A stretch of 64,000 nucleotides of DNA, taken from contig NC_068982.1 in NCBI RefSeq assembly GCF_001194135.2, forward strand, positions 58,066,445 through 58,130,444, written 5' to 3'. Origin of the DNA: Octopus bimaculoides (taxonomy: Eukaryota). This document shows, one piece after another, positions 23,861 to 36,334 of this stretch. Made by a program: the position numbers and the translations under genes. A model generated the notes under the pieces. That model saw nothing but the letters and a program-made list of their open reading frames with translations. It made no database searches and was not told the DNA's origin. Numbering within the stretch: the stretch's first letter is position 1; each line of letters opens with the position of its first letter.

Positions 23861-24379
23861 ACCCCCCACATCACTTCCACTCTTTCAGCCAACTCTGTCA
23901 CTTGTGTATCTTGCTTGAGAAGAAAGAAAGAGGAAAGGAATATGTTGTGTAAACATGTGCCAGTGTGCGTGTGTGTGCATGTGTGTGTGTGTGTGTGCGT
24001 GTGTGTGTGTGTGTAAAAGGTGGCAATGAAGTAATTGTCTGCGTGACATCGTACAATCAAGTAAATGTGATGAGCTGCAGATCATTTAAGATAGGTGAAA
24101 GAACCAGAGAAATGATGACTAGAAAAATGCAAGACAATGTTACCCAGAAGAATAGTTAACTTTCCTTAAGTTTAGCTCATTTGGGAATTAGAGGAGATAA
24201 TTAACTGGCTGAACTCTGTATATGAAACAACTCCGGGAAGAGCAACTGTTCACTATAGTCAAATCAGCTCTCACAAATTATTGTTCACACTTGAACATTT
24301 TGTTTCTTCATCTTTTATTGTAGGCATCAGCACACACACAATAGACGGTAAATATGTATGTATAGGCTATACACACACA

Positions 24380-24387
24380 CATGCATG

Positions 24388-24434
<47 letters not shown>

Positions 24435-25020
24435 TTATATGTGCATATATGTAGACTCATAAGCACGCAACATAAAATATACTATACACATATACACACA
24501 AACAGAACACATTGTTTCCATACACACAAGCATGCATTAGTATATACAGATACACATACAAGTCTAAATGACATAGATACATTTGAGCATAAACACAACA
24601 TACAAGACACATACAAGCACTCAATATACACACACACTGTGTACATACAGGAATACATATATACACAATTATACATGCATACACAAACAAACACATCAAA
24701 CATGCACGCAGATAATCTACATGTATACAACAAATATAAACATAAGCCAATCTATAACAAAGACAACACACATACAACATATACATACAGCATTCCATTA
24801 CATTACATGAATACAGCCAAGCAACCAGCCAACCGTACATGCACCAATCTCAAATCACATACATCAAACACAAAATGCACACACCCAAGTACCCATTATG
24901 TACATGCATACAAACACATAGCAAATACATACATAGACACACAGAGCATACACACAAAAGCACACATGATAATACATACACAACCTACACAAATACTAGG
25001 AGAGTTACATATATAGACAT
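24380..25020. repeat. Degenerate AC/AT-rich low-complexity tract
   Basis: Decayed (CA)n/(TA)n mosaic. The 211-aa His/Thr/Ile ORF is its translation. Confidence 0.8.
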
Positions 25021-25232
25021 GCATAGAAGCTAAAGAGGAAGCTCTGTTCAAGCATTTAAACTACTAGAAATAACAGTCAAATCTTCAAACCACATCTTAA
25101 CTACAAAGTGTTCTTTTTAATAAAGGATATGCTTGTGTGTCATTCCCATCCCATACACACATCTTTTCTTTGAGGTCTGTAGACTTATTGAGTAGTATGT
25201 AGTTCATTTTAGTAGATTTCTCATAATACATT

Positions 25233-25618
25233 GTGGAGGCGCAATGGCCCAGTGGTTAGGGTAGCGGACTCGCGGTCATAGGATCGTGGTTTCGATTGGC
25301 AGACCGGGCGTTGTGAGTGTTTATTGAGCGAAAACACCTAAAGCTCCATGAGGCTCCGGCAGGGGACGGTGGCGAACTCTGCTGTACTCTTTCACCACAA
25401 CTTTCTCTCATTCTTACTTCTTGTTTCTGTTGTGCCTGTAATTCAAAGGGTCAGCCTTGTCACACTGTGTCACGCTGAATATCCCCGAGAACTACATTAA
25501 GGGTACACGTGTGTGTGGAGTGCTCAGCCACTTGCACGTTAATTTCACGAGCAGGCTGTTCCGTTGATCAGATCAACTGGAACCCTCGTTGTCATAAGCG
25601 ACGGAGTGCCAGTGCCAA
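25233..25618 (+). mobile_element. tRNA-derived SINE family R, full-length, 11-bp TSD
   Basis: Head GGAGGCGCAATGGCCCAGTGGTTAGGG...GGTTTCGATT (A and B boxes). CATAATACATT is duplicated at 25222-25232 and 25619-25629. CpG-rich. Confidence 0.9.
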
Positions 25619-25699
25619 CATAATACATTCTATGGCAATTCCATACTTCACTCTGATTTCCCCCCCAAAATATCATGAAGAGACAATATATAGCATAAA

Positions 25700-25850
25700 T
25701 ACATATATTACTTTCCAACAAAGATGCCTCCAAAACATTCTGAGCACTAGATGGCAAGACAAGATCACATATGAGGAGGTGCTTTGAAGAGCCAATGCAA
25801 CATGCCTGAGCCTTGTCATTAAAGACATAAGAATGCGAAATTGGTATCTC
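25700..25850 (+). mobile_element. RTE-clade LINE ORF2 fragment
   Basis: FQQRCLQNILSTRWQDKITYEEVL*RANATCLSLVIKDIRMRNW matches FHxRCLRxILxIxWQDxIxNxEVLxRA...RRLRW. Confidence 0.85.
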
Positions 25851-26149
25851 CAGTAGTGTTACACTACTATATCTAGTAGCTATTTAAGCAATGTGTTCAT
25901 TGATATCTAGTAGCTATTTAAGCAATGAGTTCATGGATGGTTAATTGGTTGGATGTGGCACTATAGAAGAAGCAAGAACTTCTGGAATATGCATTTACAA
26001 CCTTTACCTATTTTTCCATCTTTGATTGCATTGTTTACATTAAACATATTCAGATGCAAAACATCATAACAAATCAGTGCTGGCTCTAATTTCTATTAAA
26101 ATATCTGAAGAAGCAACTGGGAGGGTACATTCTATGAATGCTGGGACAC

Positions 26150-26500
26150 TGCCTTGATTAATTCTTAGTTGAATGAATTGACCCCAGTACTTATGTTTTG
26201 TCAAGATTGATACTTATTCTAGTGGTCATCTCTTTTGCTGAACCACTAAGCTACAGGGATGTAAACACACCAACACCAATCATCAAGCAACGGGGTAACA
26301 AACACAGACACAAAGATACACACACACACACACACAGACTCACATACAATGAGCTTTTGGTTTCCATCTTCCAAACCCACTCACAAAGCCTGAGGCTATA
26401 GCAAAAGACACTTGTCCAAGTTGCCACACATTGGCCTGAACCTGGAACTATGTGCTAGGGAAGCAAGCTTCTTACTACATAGCCATGCCTGCACCTATGT
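26150..26500 (-). mobile_element. SINE family A (degenerate)
   Basis: Reverse consensus with internal (CA)n. Head ends TTACTACATAGCCATGCCTGCACCTA. Confidence 0.8.
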
Positions 26501-26927
26501 ATATACATAAATGTACATGAATATATGTGTGTGTATGCTTATAAGACAGGCAAAGTGAGACTATAAAAGAGAGGAGGGAGTAAATGAGAAAGAGATATGA
26601 AAGGCATATATACACAAACACACACAGCTGACAGTGTGTCACTGTTTACACTGACTGTTGTGTTGATTAGTCATAGCCAAAAGTGTATATGTCTAGGCAG
26701 GTGTACTCTGATCTTGTCAATTTGATAGTACAGAAGTTATGGTGTCATGTGGTTTCAATGCTGGAAACAGAACTCCAAGAGCCAAGGAGAGGCTTCATTT
26801 CTTGAAGGGCACTCAAAACATTGATATTAATAATACTAATAATAATAATTAGTTCCTTGATGTCTCTGGTTGTGTCTTGAATGCAGTTTGAATAAATTAA
26901 GGCAAAGCCAAAAGAATAACAACAGCA

Positions 26928-26959
<32 letters not shown>

Positions 26960-27049
26960 GGTGGTGGTATTAAGGAGTAGGGGTTGATTGGCTCAAAAAT
27001 ATAGGTGGTGTTGTTTTAGGCAATGTTTCCAAAAATATGAGTATTATGA

Positions 27050-27268
27050 TGGCAAACTGGCAGAATTGTCAGCAAGCATGTCAGGAAAAATGCTTAGCAG
27101 CTTTTCTTCTGTTTCTTTAGATTCCGAGTTCAAATTCCATTGAATTCGGCTTCTTGCTTTTCATCCATTTAGGGTTAATAAAATAAATACCAGGTGAGAA
27201 CTAAGGTTGGGTAGGTGGTCAATGTAATTGACAAGTTGTTTCTCACTAAAATTACTGGCCTTATGCCA
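27050..27268 (+). mobile_element. SINE family D
   Basis: GGCAAACTGGCAGAATTGTCAGC...GAGTTCAAATTCC...GCTTTTCATCCATTTAGGGTTAATAAAATAAATACCAG...GGCCTTATGCCAAAATTT. Confidence 0.8.
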
Positions 27269-27269
27269 A

Positions 27270-27665
27270 AATTTCATCATCATCATCATCACCACCATTA
27301 CCATCATCATCATTCTTTAGTATCTGTTTTCCATGCTGGCATGGGCTTGATGGTTTGACCAGAGCTGGCAAGCTAGAGAGCTGCATCAAATTCCAGTCTG
27401 TTTTGATTCGTTTTCTACATCTGGATGCCCTTTCTAATGCCAACCACTTCACAGTGTGTGCTGGGTGCTTTTAACGTGGCACTGCATGAGTGCTTTTACA
27501 TGGTACCGGCACAAGTGATTTCTACATGGCACGAGCACAGGATTCTTGCAGGACAATCCTCCTCACCAGTGGGGAGCAGCCTTAACACTTCTGAGTAGGA
27601 CAGGTCTTCTTGATTACAGCAAGGCGCCAGGTAACTCAGTCCTTCGTCATCTCATCTGGTGACAA
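27270..27665 (-). mobile_element. RTE 3' end with ORF2 terminus
   Basis: (CAT)n tail and conserved UTR. The distal part translates EMTKD*VTWRLAVIKKTCPTQ. Confidence 0.8.
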
Positions 27666-27796
27666 TGAAGATGACTGTGATTGTGATACTGATGATTATG
27701 TCAGTCCTGATTAGGCAGATATATGACTAAGGGTCTTTTTAGCCACGATCACTTGCTCTTTTTAAAGATCTTATGAGAGAATTTGCAGATGATGAA

Positions 27797-28008
27797 CCCT
27801 TTAGCATTCAAATTCATCTGTCGAATGTAATGCTTATTTATTTCAGTTTTGAATTAATCATACATTATCTCATAATTTAAAGATTTCAGTGATGTGATTG
27901 CATATTTTAAGCAACATTGCAAGGGAGATGTGAAAGGTCAGACCTGGTCGGTTTGAACATAGAGCTAGATTATTTGGGCTGGATATGGATGGATAAAATA
28001 CTAAAGGG
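27797..28008. mobile_element. TTAA-type MITE family P (degenerate)
   Basis: CCCTTTAGCATTC ... AATACTAAAGGG termini with the shared body. Confidence 0.8.
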
Positions 28009-28204
28009 TAAAGGGATTTCTTACAAGATAAGCAACTGCTTAGAGAGACACTCATAGATACAACGATAGTCATGATGCTAATGATGTTGATCATGATAAT
28101 CATAATGGTAATGGTGATGGTTATGATGATGACAAACATTTGTTTCAAGATAATTTTACATAAGAAAATTACTAAAACAGAAGGAATATGGTGTCTTAAA
28201 TTTC

Positions 28205-28918
28205 AATAAAAACAGCAACAATACCAGCAATTTTTGTGGGGGAGAGGGTTTTAGTCAAAACCATTGGTCCCAGTATTTGACTGGTACTTTTATGGACCTT
28301 GACAGGATGAAAGACTAAGTTGACATTAGAGGGATTTGAATTCAGAATATAAAAAGCAGAAACAGATATTGCAAAGTCCTTTTTGTCTGATGCTTTAATG
28401 ATTCTACCAATCAGTTACCTTTGCAAGGTCTGGAATTTCGAGGTATGGGGCTAGTTGATTACATCAACCCAAATGTTCAACTGATACTCATTTCATTAAC
28501 CCTTAAATGATGAAAAGGCAAAGTTGAGCTCGGCAGAATTTGAATTCAGAACACAGATGAAACACCACTAAACATTTTGTTCAACATGCTAACAATTCTA
28601 TCAAGTTGCCACCTTTATAATGGTTTCAAATTCTGGCACAAGGCCAGGGATTTTGGGGGAGGGGTTAAGTCAAATGCATCAATCCCTTGCTGCCTTAATA
28701 ATAATGATCCTTTCTATTATAGGTACAAGGCCTGAAATATTTGGGGAGCAGCTAAGTCGATTACATCAACCCCAGTATTCAACTGGTACTTATTTCATTG
28801 ACCCTGAAAGGATGTAAGGCAAAGTTGACATCGGTGGAATTTGAACTCAGAATGCAAAGAGGCAAAATACCACTAAGCATTTTACCCAGTGTGCTGACAA
28901 TTCTGTCAGCTTATCATC

Positions 28919-28956
<38 letters not shown>

Positions 28957-29180
28957 CCTTTCTACTATAGGCATTAAGCCTGAAATTTTGGGGGAGGGGG
29001 GATAATCAATTACATCAACCCCAGTACTCAACTGGTACTAATTTTATCAACTGAAAGGATGAAAGGCAAAGTCGACCTTGGTGGCATTTGAACTCAGAAT
29101 GTAAAGCGGACAAAATGCCACTAAGCATTTTGCCCATAGCACTAATGATTCTGCCAGCTCACTTAATAATAATAATAATG
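28205..29180 (-). mobile_element. Head-to-tail array of 5 family-D SINE units
   Basis: Units at ~28215, 28421, 28618 (internally deleted), 28700 and 28955. (TAA)n occurs at the junctions near 28698 and 28920-28953, and after the last head at 29165-29180. Confidence 0.9.
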
Positions 29181-30003
29181 CTTTAATAATACACTTAACT
29201 AATATATCAGTGTCACAGAATTCGACAACTTCTCTTCTTAATTACTATTACAGCTGTACAGGTGAACAGATAGAAAACTATTTTTACAGAAAGGGTGTTA
29301 ATTGGGGAAACAAACACAAATGTGAGTGCGTGTGAGTGTGTACATGTGCATGTGTATATATACATATATATATACATTGGTGACTCTGTGTGTATTTGTG
29401 TGTGTGTGTGTATGCAAGAGCAAGCTCTGCCCATGTACCTGAACAAAAATACAGCAATTAGACCATCAATAATGGAACTGATATTCTTGATCACACACAT
29501 GTTCGTATGCAGATGTGATAACCTAGATGCATGTGAATGCACATCCATGTACATGCGCATGTGTGCGTACTATTATGAATGTATATGTCTGTATGTGTCA
29601 GTTATCTAATACGAAAATAATTATCAAATTTAACCTTGTTCAAGAATAACAAGGTGTGAAAATGACGTGAAATCAATTCATTTCATCTTGTCAATATCTG
29701 AGAATTACACTTTCCATGTAAATCCATAATTTCTATTTATAGCTTCCTTTATTCTTATATTCTTTTACTTATTTTCATCATTAGACTGTGGCCATGCTGG
29801 GACACCACCTTGAAGTGTTTAGTCAAACCAATCAACCCCACTACTAATTTGTTTAGCTCTTTACCTGTCCTGTGTATCTTGAGTGACACACAGAACATAT
29901 TCCCCTGGCATCCATGCATCATATGTGATACACAATCACAATCTTTCTCAAACTACAAGAATAACTTAGATCTTATGAAAGGAAAGAGTTATATTAACCA
30001 CAA

Positions 30004-30240
30004 CCAGGCTCCAATCTGATTTGGCAGAGTTTCTACAGCTGGATGCCCTTCCTAACACCAACCACACCCACTACACTCTCGGAGTGGTTGGTGTTAAGGA
30101 GGGCACCCAGCTGTAGAAACTCTGCCAAATCAGATTGGAGCCTGGTGTAGCCACCTGGTTCACCAGTCCTCAGTCAAATCGTCCAACCCATGCTAGCATG
30201 AAAAGCGGACGTTAAACGATGATGATGATGATGATGAAAC
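30004..30240 (+). mobile_element. RTE tail with 62-bp foldback duplication at its 5' end
   Basis: 30004-30065 is the reverse complement (a few mismatches) of 30084-30145 with an 18-nt loop. The copy ends (GAT)n near 30236. Confidence 0.9.
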
Positions 30241-30284
30241 AAGGGCTAACTAAAAGCTTGGAAACAAGCATGGTCATTTAGGAC

Positions 30285-30790
30285 ATCATCATCATCATCA
30301 TTTAACATCCGTTTTCCATGCTGGCATGAGTTGGATGATTTGACAGGAACTGGCCAGCTGAAGTGCTACCCAAACTCCATGTCTGTTTAGGCATGATTTC
30401 TATGGTTGGATACCCTTCCTTACGCCAACCATTTTACAGAGTGTACTGGATGCTTTTATGCAGCACTGGCACAGGTGCACATACATGGCACTTGCATGGG
30501 TGCATTTTACATGGCACCAGCACCCACGAGCCTGCAAGATTAGAAATGCTCAGGTGGAGAGGGATACGGGTGACACACCTGTAACCAAGAACAACCACAC
30601 TTTTACTAATCTTGACATGTTTTTGCAAGCACAGCAAACCACCAGGTGTCTCGGTCCCCTGTCATCCCCTCTGCAAGTCTGTAGATCCTTTCTTCCATGT
30701 CTTCCTGGGTCTACCCCTTCCACATGTTCCCTCTGCAATTAGAGATTGGCATCTCTCGATGCAACTGATGAAAATACTTTGGACAGGCAA
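30285..30790 (-). mobile_element. RTE LINE 3' end: ORF2 terminus plus UTR plus tail
   Basis: SCIERCQSLIAEGTCGRGRPRKTW...KDLQT...MTGDRDTWWFAVLAKT is contiguous with the (CAT)n-tailed UTR. This ties the tail family to an RTE LINE. Confidence 0.9.
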
Positions 30791-31119
30791 GGGGTCAAAG
30801 ACCGATGTAAAATTAAACAGCACCTTTATGCTGAACTCCAAAGTTATGGGGATGTAAACAAACCAACACCAGTTGTCAAACTCTGAAATGAATACAGCTC
30901 TCATTCATTTTATATTTCAATGAAAATATATTAAAAAGAATTTTTTTTTCTTACACTGACCAAAATAAAATTCCAAACATATCAACCATAAACAGTCAAC
31001 TCTGACATGGAAACACATGAAATAGCATATGAAAAGCAGATATCAACATACAAAATCACACCCAAAGAATTATAATTAAAAAAGACCTGCTCCCTTGAAG
31101 TCCTTAATTAGTTTCATGA

Positions 31120-31590
31120 TTACACTTGACAGATACTTTATTTTATTGACCCCAAAAAGGATGAAAGACAATGTTGACGTCAGTAGGATTTGAACTCAGT
31201 ATTTGAAGAAGCAGAAGAAATACTGGAAGGTATTTTTCTGATACTCAGATGATTCTGTCAGTCAATAATAATATTTTGTAGTACAGGGACAAGGCCTAGA
31301 ATTTGGGGGCAGGTTAGGTGTTTAAATCAACCCAAGAATTTGACTAGTACTTTATTTTATTGACCTCCAAAAGGATGGAATGACAAAGCTGACTTCAGTG
31401 GTGCTTGAATTCAGAACATAAAGAACCAGACATTTTGTTCAATACTTTAATGATCCTACCAATCCACCTGCCCTTAATGATAATAGTTTCTTATGTTGAA
31501 ACAAAGTCTGAAATACAGAGGGAGGACATCATTAAATTAGAACAACTTTAGTACTTGACTGGTATTTTATTTTTACCTCCACTTAAAAGT
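31120..31590 (-). mobile_element. Array of ~3 degenerate family-D SINE units
   Basis: Repeated TACTTTATTTTATTGACC...GGATG...GAACTCAG/GAATTCAG...ATGAT(T/C)CT units with TAATAA junctions. Confidence 0.75.
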
Positions 31591-31899
31591 GGAAGTTGTG
31601 TTAGAACACAAAATACTGTGACAGTTACCATGGGAGAACCTCTCATATGGTCTTGAAATGCATATATGCACTTTTGTTTATAATGCTAGCAGAATCTCTG
31701 AAAGAATGAAAAATAAACTTGCTCCCAACAAGATTTGAATCCAGATTATAATAGGGCACAGCTAAATAAATGCCACAGAGTGTTTTGTTGCACACTCTGG
31801 TAACTGCACCAAGAGTAATAAAAATGATTTCATACAGAGGCAAAAAAAGGCATATGTAGAAGAGTAAAGTACTATCGTCTTGACTTTAGGATGGATAAA

Positions 31900-32100
31900 A
31901 GCACTATCAAGTGGGTCCTTCAGAAGATAAAGTCCCAGGAAAGACTTAAATACTATCATGAAAAGAAAATGGACCTTCCCTGGCCAAATACTTAGAAAAC
32001 AAGACCTTGTCAAGTTCCTATTAATAGGTGTGGCATATGGCAAAAGAAGAAGAGGAAAACCTAAAATCAAATTTAATGATAACATCAAAGAAGCTACTTA
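31900..32100 (+). mobile_element. RTE (BovB-like) ORF2 C-terminal fragment
   Basis: DLNTIMKRKWTFPGQILRKQDLVKFLLIGVAYGKRRRGKPKIKFNDNIKEA matches IxKRKLxFxGHIxR...GxVxGKRxRGRPRxxYxDNIK. Confidence 0.8.
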
Positions 32101-32329
32101 GAAATATTACCTTGCTTGAAGCAGATAAGGGTTAATGACAGGAATGGGATCAGTCTATAGAAAATCTGCTTCAATAAATGCCATCTGATCCATGCAAACA
32201 TGGAAAAGTGAATGTTAAAAATAATGATGACAATGACTTTCATGATTGCAAAGACACACTTACACACAAATATTTATTCATGAATAGAAATAGATATACA
32301 CGCACTTGTGTATGGCAAAACACACATGT

Positions 32330-32547
32330 TAGAGGGTGCTGAAAAGTTCCTGGCTCTAAGGGTATCGTGAAGGACCTGGTTGGAGGCCCAACCTTCAGAG
32401 TTCTTTTACAGAGCTTAGAAAAACTGAAGGACTACTGCAATGAGTGTGTGATTCTGAGAGGGGAATATGTTGAATAAAATCAAAATTAACTGATCCTCCT
32501 GTATTTTCTTTTACCCAAAGTCAGGAACGTTTCAGCACCACCTCATA
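32330..32547 (+). mobile_element. mariner-derived MITE family M, complete
   Basis: TA-GAGGGTGCTGAAAAGTTCCTGGC ... TCAGGAACGTTTCAGCACCACCTCA-TA. The interior translates approximately WLEAQPSEF(fs)LQSLEKLKDYCNECVILRGEYVE*, a mariner transposase C-terminus. Confidence 0.9.
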
Positions 32548-32859
32548 TATACACATATTTATGTATTCAAATATGCATGCACTTCAGTCTTTCCCTACTT
32601 ACATATACATATTCATTTACAAACCCCCACCTCCTATCTGACCACCACCCCAACTCCTAACAATCACATATATTTAAGCAAAGCACATGTTCTATGGAGT
32701 AATTATAAACATGGTTGTCAGCTGATGCAGTTGTGGTTCGAATCTTGCCAAAGATGTGGTCGACATTAGGAAGGGCAACCAGCTATAGAAACCAAACCAA
32801 GATTTGTGGCACATTGTTGTACTTGAAAAGACCCTTCCACACAACAGAATTGAGATCCT

Positions 32860-33105
32860 AAAACCAAGGTACCACATAAAAAGCACTCGTGCTGGCACCA
32901 TACAAAAAGCACTGGTGCCACATAAAAGGCACCCAGTAAACTCTGTGAAGTAGTTGGTGTTTGGAAGGGCATCCAGTCATAGAAACCATGCCAAAACAGA
33001 GAATGGAACCTGGTGTGGGGCCCCTGGCCTTGCCAGTTCCTGTGAAGCTATCCAATCCATGCCAGCATGGAAAACAGATGTTAACTGTTGATGATGATGA
33101 TGGAA
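32860..33105 (+). mobile_element. RTE 3' UTR with internal tandem repeats
   Basis: Repeated AAAAAGCACT(C/G)GTGC(T/C) units, GGAAGGGCATCCAGTCATAGAAACC, and a (GAT)n tail. Confidence 0.8.
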
Positions 33106-33395
33106 ATAAACTTTAGAAACAGAGGATGCAAAACAAGAGAAATGGAGTGGAGAGGATTTAGTTGAAACCAAAACAATTGCCCAATGATATGACTCCGAAA
33201 AATTCATAGTGCTTACTTACTAGAGCCCGTAGGGAATAAAAAGGCAAATTTTGATCCTCAGTGGGATTTGAACTCAGAACTGTGTAGCAAGTAACTAAGC
33301 TAAAGTACCCATAAAGTATCTATATAGTACAAGTCTCCTGTGACTGAGCAATTTCCACCTCCTTACACATACAGACACACACCACACCACACCAT

Positions 33396-33442
<47 letters not shown>

Positions 33443-33712
33443 AGTCAGTCATTCCAGCTTGTAGTGAACAAGTCTCCTAGGATTTCCATGCCAGACCAGA
33501 TCCGAAATGGAAGCCTTTCCCACAGGTCATTAGGGCAACAGTTAAAATGATATTTAGCAAGTGACTAAACTAATTATGGCATTTTGTTATATAAACATTT
33601 ATTATATTGTTATCATTGGTCTCTGATGGTGGGCAGATGGGAGAGGAGAAAAAGAAATGAGTATAAACAAAAAACAAAAAAACAGAACAAAGAAAACAAA
33701 AATAAAATAGCA

Positions 33713-33791
<79 letters not shown>

Positions 33792-34419
33792 AATTGTTGA
33801 TATTAAATTTACACACAGTAGCTATGGGTCAAATGAGATAGCAGTTTATCAGATAGTGTTACATCTGTTTCTCGAAGTGATAACCAACTGCCATCAAATT
33901 AGCAGCAGCAGCAATCATAGTAGTATTAGTAGTAGTAGTAGTAGTAGTAGCAATAACAAGAAACAATAACAATGATGATGATAATGGAAATGACATTAGT
34001 AATGACCAAGCATCAAGTCAGGAAATTTGATTTCCTTCCATGTTTGCAGTGGAATGTTAATTAATAAAGACAATCATTATTCCAAAGGACAAAATAAAAA
34101 AAAAGGGAAATAAAAAAACAACTTTGTTTCTAACTTCTGTGTCAATGTATATACGTAGATAAATAAATAAAAAAATAAATAAACAATCCAGCAAACGAAA
34201 ATGAAACAAAACAAGCAAAAATAACTGCTGATTGATAACGATGAGCAAATTTAGGGCGTTTTGGTGATATCTATTGATAATAAACCAATCAATTGGATAT
34301 CTTATACTGCATGATTGAAGAAAATAAATATGGGATAAATGTGATACTTCCTTGTATATCATGACTACTACTAATAGTAGTAGTAGTAGTAGTGATAGGA
34401 ACTTTTGTTTTAAATATAG

Positions 34420-34930
34420 CTGTAAGGCCAGCAAATTTGATGTAGAGGAGTGAGTGGATAGCATTGGCCCATGTACTTTACTGGTACTTTATTTTAGTCA
34501 ACCACAAGGCCTGAAATTGGGGAGGGAGTTAGTTAATTATATTGACCCCAGTGTTTCACTGGAACTTAATTTATTGACCCCAAAAGGATGAAAAGCAAAG
34601 TCAACCTCAGTAGAATTTGAACTCAGAAAGTAGCAATGGGTGAAATACAGCTAGGCATTTCGTCCAGCATACTAATGATCCCGCCAGCTCACCACCTTAA
34701 TAATAATGAGTTCAAATTTTGGAACAAGGCCAGTGATATTGGGGGAGGGGACAAGTCAATTACATCAACCCCCAGTGCTCAACTTGTACTCTTTTTATCA
34801 ACCCTGACAGGATTAATGATAAAGCTGACCTTGGTAGAATTTGAACACATAACGTAAAGACAGATGAAACGTCACTAAGCATTCTGCCCTGTTTGCTAAC
34901 AATTTTGCCAACTCACTGCTTTAATAATAA
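34420..34930 (-). mobile_element. Array of 3 family-D SINE units
   Basis: Units at ~34423 (partial), 34503 and 34700. TTAATAATAAT occurs at 34697 and 34920. Confidence 0.85.
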
Positions 34931-35249
34931 TAATTTATTTTATTTGACATAAGGGTAGCTGATGAGGAGTGTCTACAATTTGTGCTGGGAAGGCGGAGGG
35001 TATATAAAAAGATGGGGAGAAGTGAGAGATGAGAAAAATGTGTGAATAGTATACAAGATACGTGAACACATGGATAATGCAGTCCTCCTGATACAGAAGA
35101 GCCACCAACTAGAATCCAATCAATGAGTACCTTGACCACCAAGACCTTGTCCAATTGTTGTCTTATAATTAGAACATGATTAGTGTAGTTTCACTCACCC
35201 AAACCATTTTTGCCAGTCACCCATCTTTTGACAAATTTGCTGGAGGAAA

Positions 35250-35984
35250 TGTCCGATTTTTTTGACAGTTAAAACATTAAAAATTTTTAAATGGACAGTT
35301 ATTTCTAAAATGTAGACCTCCACACCCATAACATGGATTGGGTCTTGATCTTTGTTTGCTTTTTTCCTTATCCATTACAGGTCAACATGCAAGTATGTGA
35401 GAGTAATCCTTTTCTTCGATTTTATTTGCGTCATGTTGAAGATTAATAATTCTTTGATATTCCTCTGCTACTGCCTGCAGAGTTAAATTCTGGTCCTATT
35501 CCAACTTTTGTCAATATCCGAGCATATATCTCTGCATTTTTGCTTGCAATCAACCCTTGAACAAAGATTAGATATTTGAACATGTCTGGAATTAATTCTC
35601 TTGGTTTGAATTTTTTGCATTCTCAATTGATGACTTCAGCATAGGTGACAAAATCATCATCTTTTTTTTTTAACTAAATTCAAACATTCTCAGCAAGTAC
35701 TGAACAGAGAACTTCTCTCAATGAAAATTTCCAATGACAATTTGTTTCATCGAAACAAATTTCACAAGTTTTTTTTTTTGGGCAGAAGGTAGTTACAGTT
35801 CTTAAAAGTAGTCATTCCTAAATTCTGCAATTGAGCTTACTATGCTGTCTGAAGAGAATGAACGTGAAGCATTTTTGGACTTCAACATTAATACCAGCAA
35901 CTGTTGGTATTATTGTTGTTGTAATTGCTGCTGTAACTGTTGTTGCTGTTGCAACTGCACCATGGAGGCTAATAGGTCATCCAT
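35250..35984 (-). pseudogene. Ty3/Gypsy gag, decayed
   Basis: MDDLLASMVQLQQQQQ...SFSSDSIVSSIAEF...LPKKTCEICFDET...DDFVTYAEVIN*ECKKFKPRELIPDMFKYLIFVQGLIASKNAEIYARILTK..., then zinc-knuckle PCYGCGGLHFRNNCPF and CFNCQK(fs)IGH. It carries stops and frameshifts. Confidence 0.85.
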
Positions 35985-36036
35985 GTCAATTAATTTTTCT
36001 TTGCTTTTGTATCAAAAGAAAATGTTTAATATCTGA

Positions 36037-36050
36037 CATCCTCATCGCCA
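36037..36050 (-). other. Primer-binding site, tRNA-Ser(GCU)-like
   Basis: TGGCGATGAGGATG is a 13/14 match to the complement of the eukaryotic tRNA-Ser(GCU) 3' end CATCCTCGTCGCCA. It lies between the LTR and the gag ATG. Confidence 0.8.
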
Positions 36051-36096
36051 CTTTTATAAGTGGATATCCTAGTCACCACTTTTATATCCTTCTATA

Positions 36097-36331
36097 TGTT
36101 GGATATACAGATTTTATGGAGCAGGGATAGACATACTTCTAATCACTCCACTAAACACGGTACTCCAATAAATCCAAACTCTCAATGATCTCAGCAACTT
36201 CCTATAACTTCCACAAACTCTCAATGCCTCCTACGACTTCTCCTGTCTTAACCATTATACTACTCTTTATAAGAGTTCAGCTAGGCCATTCTTCCCATCC
36301 CACAGGGGTGTCAATGACTCTCACCACAACA
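36097..36331 (-). mobile_element. 5' LTR of the Gypsy element (235 bp)
   Basis: Starts TGTTG and ends CAACA (5-bp inverted termini), directly upstream of the PBS. No second LTR is visible. Confidence 0.75.
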
Positions 36332-36334
36332 TGA

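Noticed and set aside
25235-25310. tRNA gene
   Set aside because: A/B boxes are present, but it continues into a SINE body with a TSD and has no proper acceptor stem.
34959-34965. CTGATGA hammerhead-like core
   Set aside because: No stem II or GAAA follows.
35379-35390. Apparent 12-nt plus-strand micro-exon
   Set aside because: It lies antisense within Gypsy gag, so it is likely coincidental.
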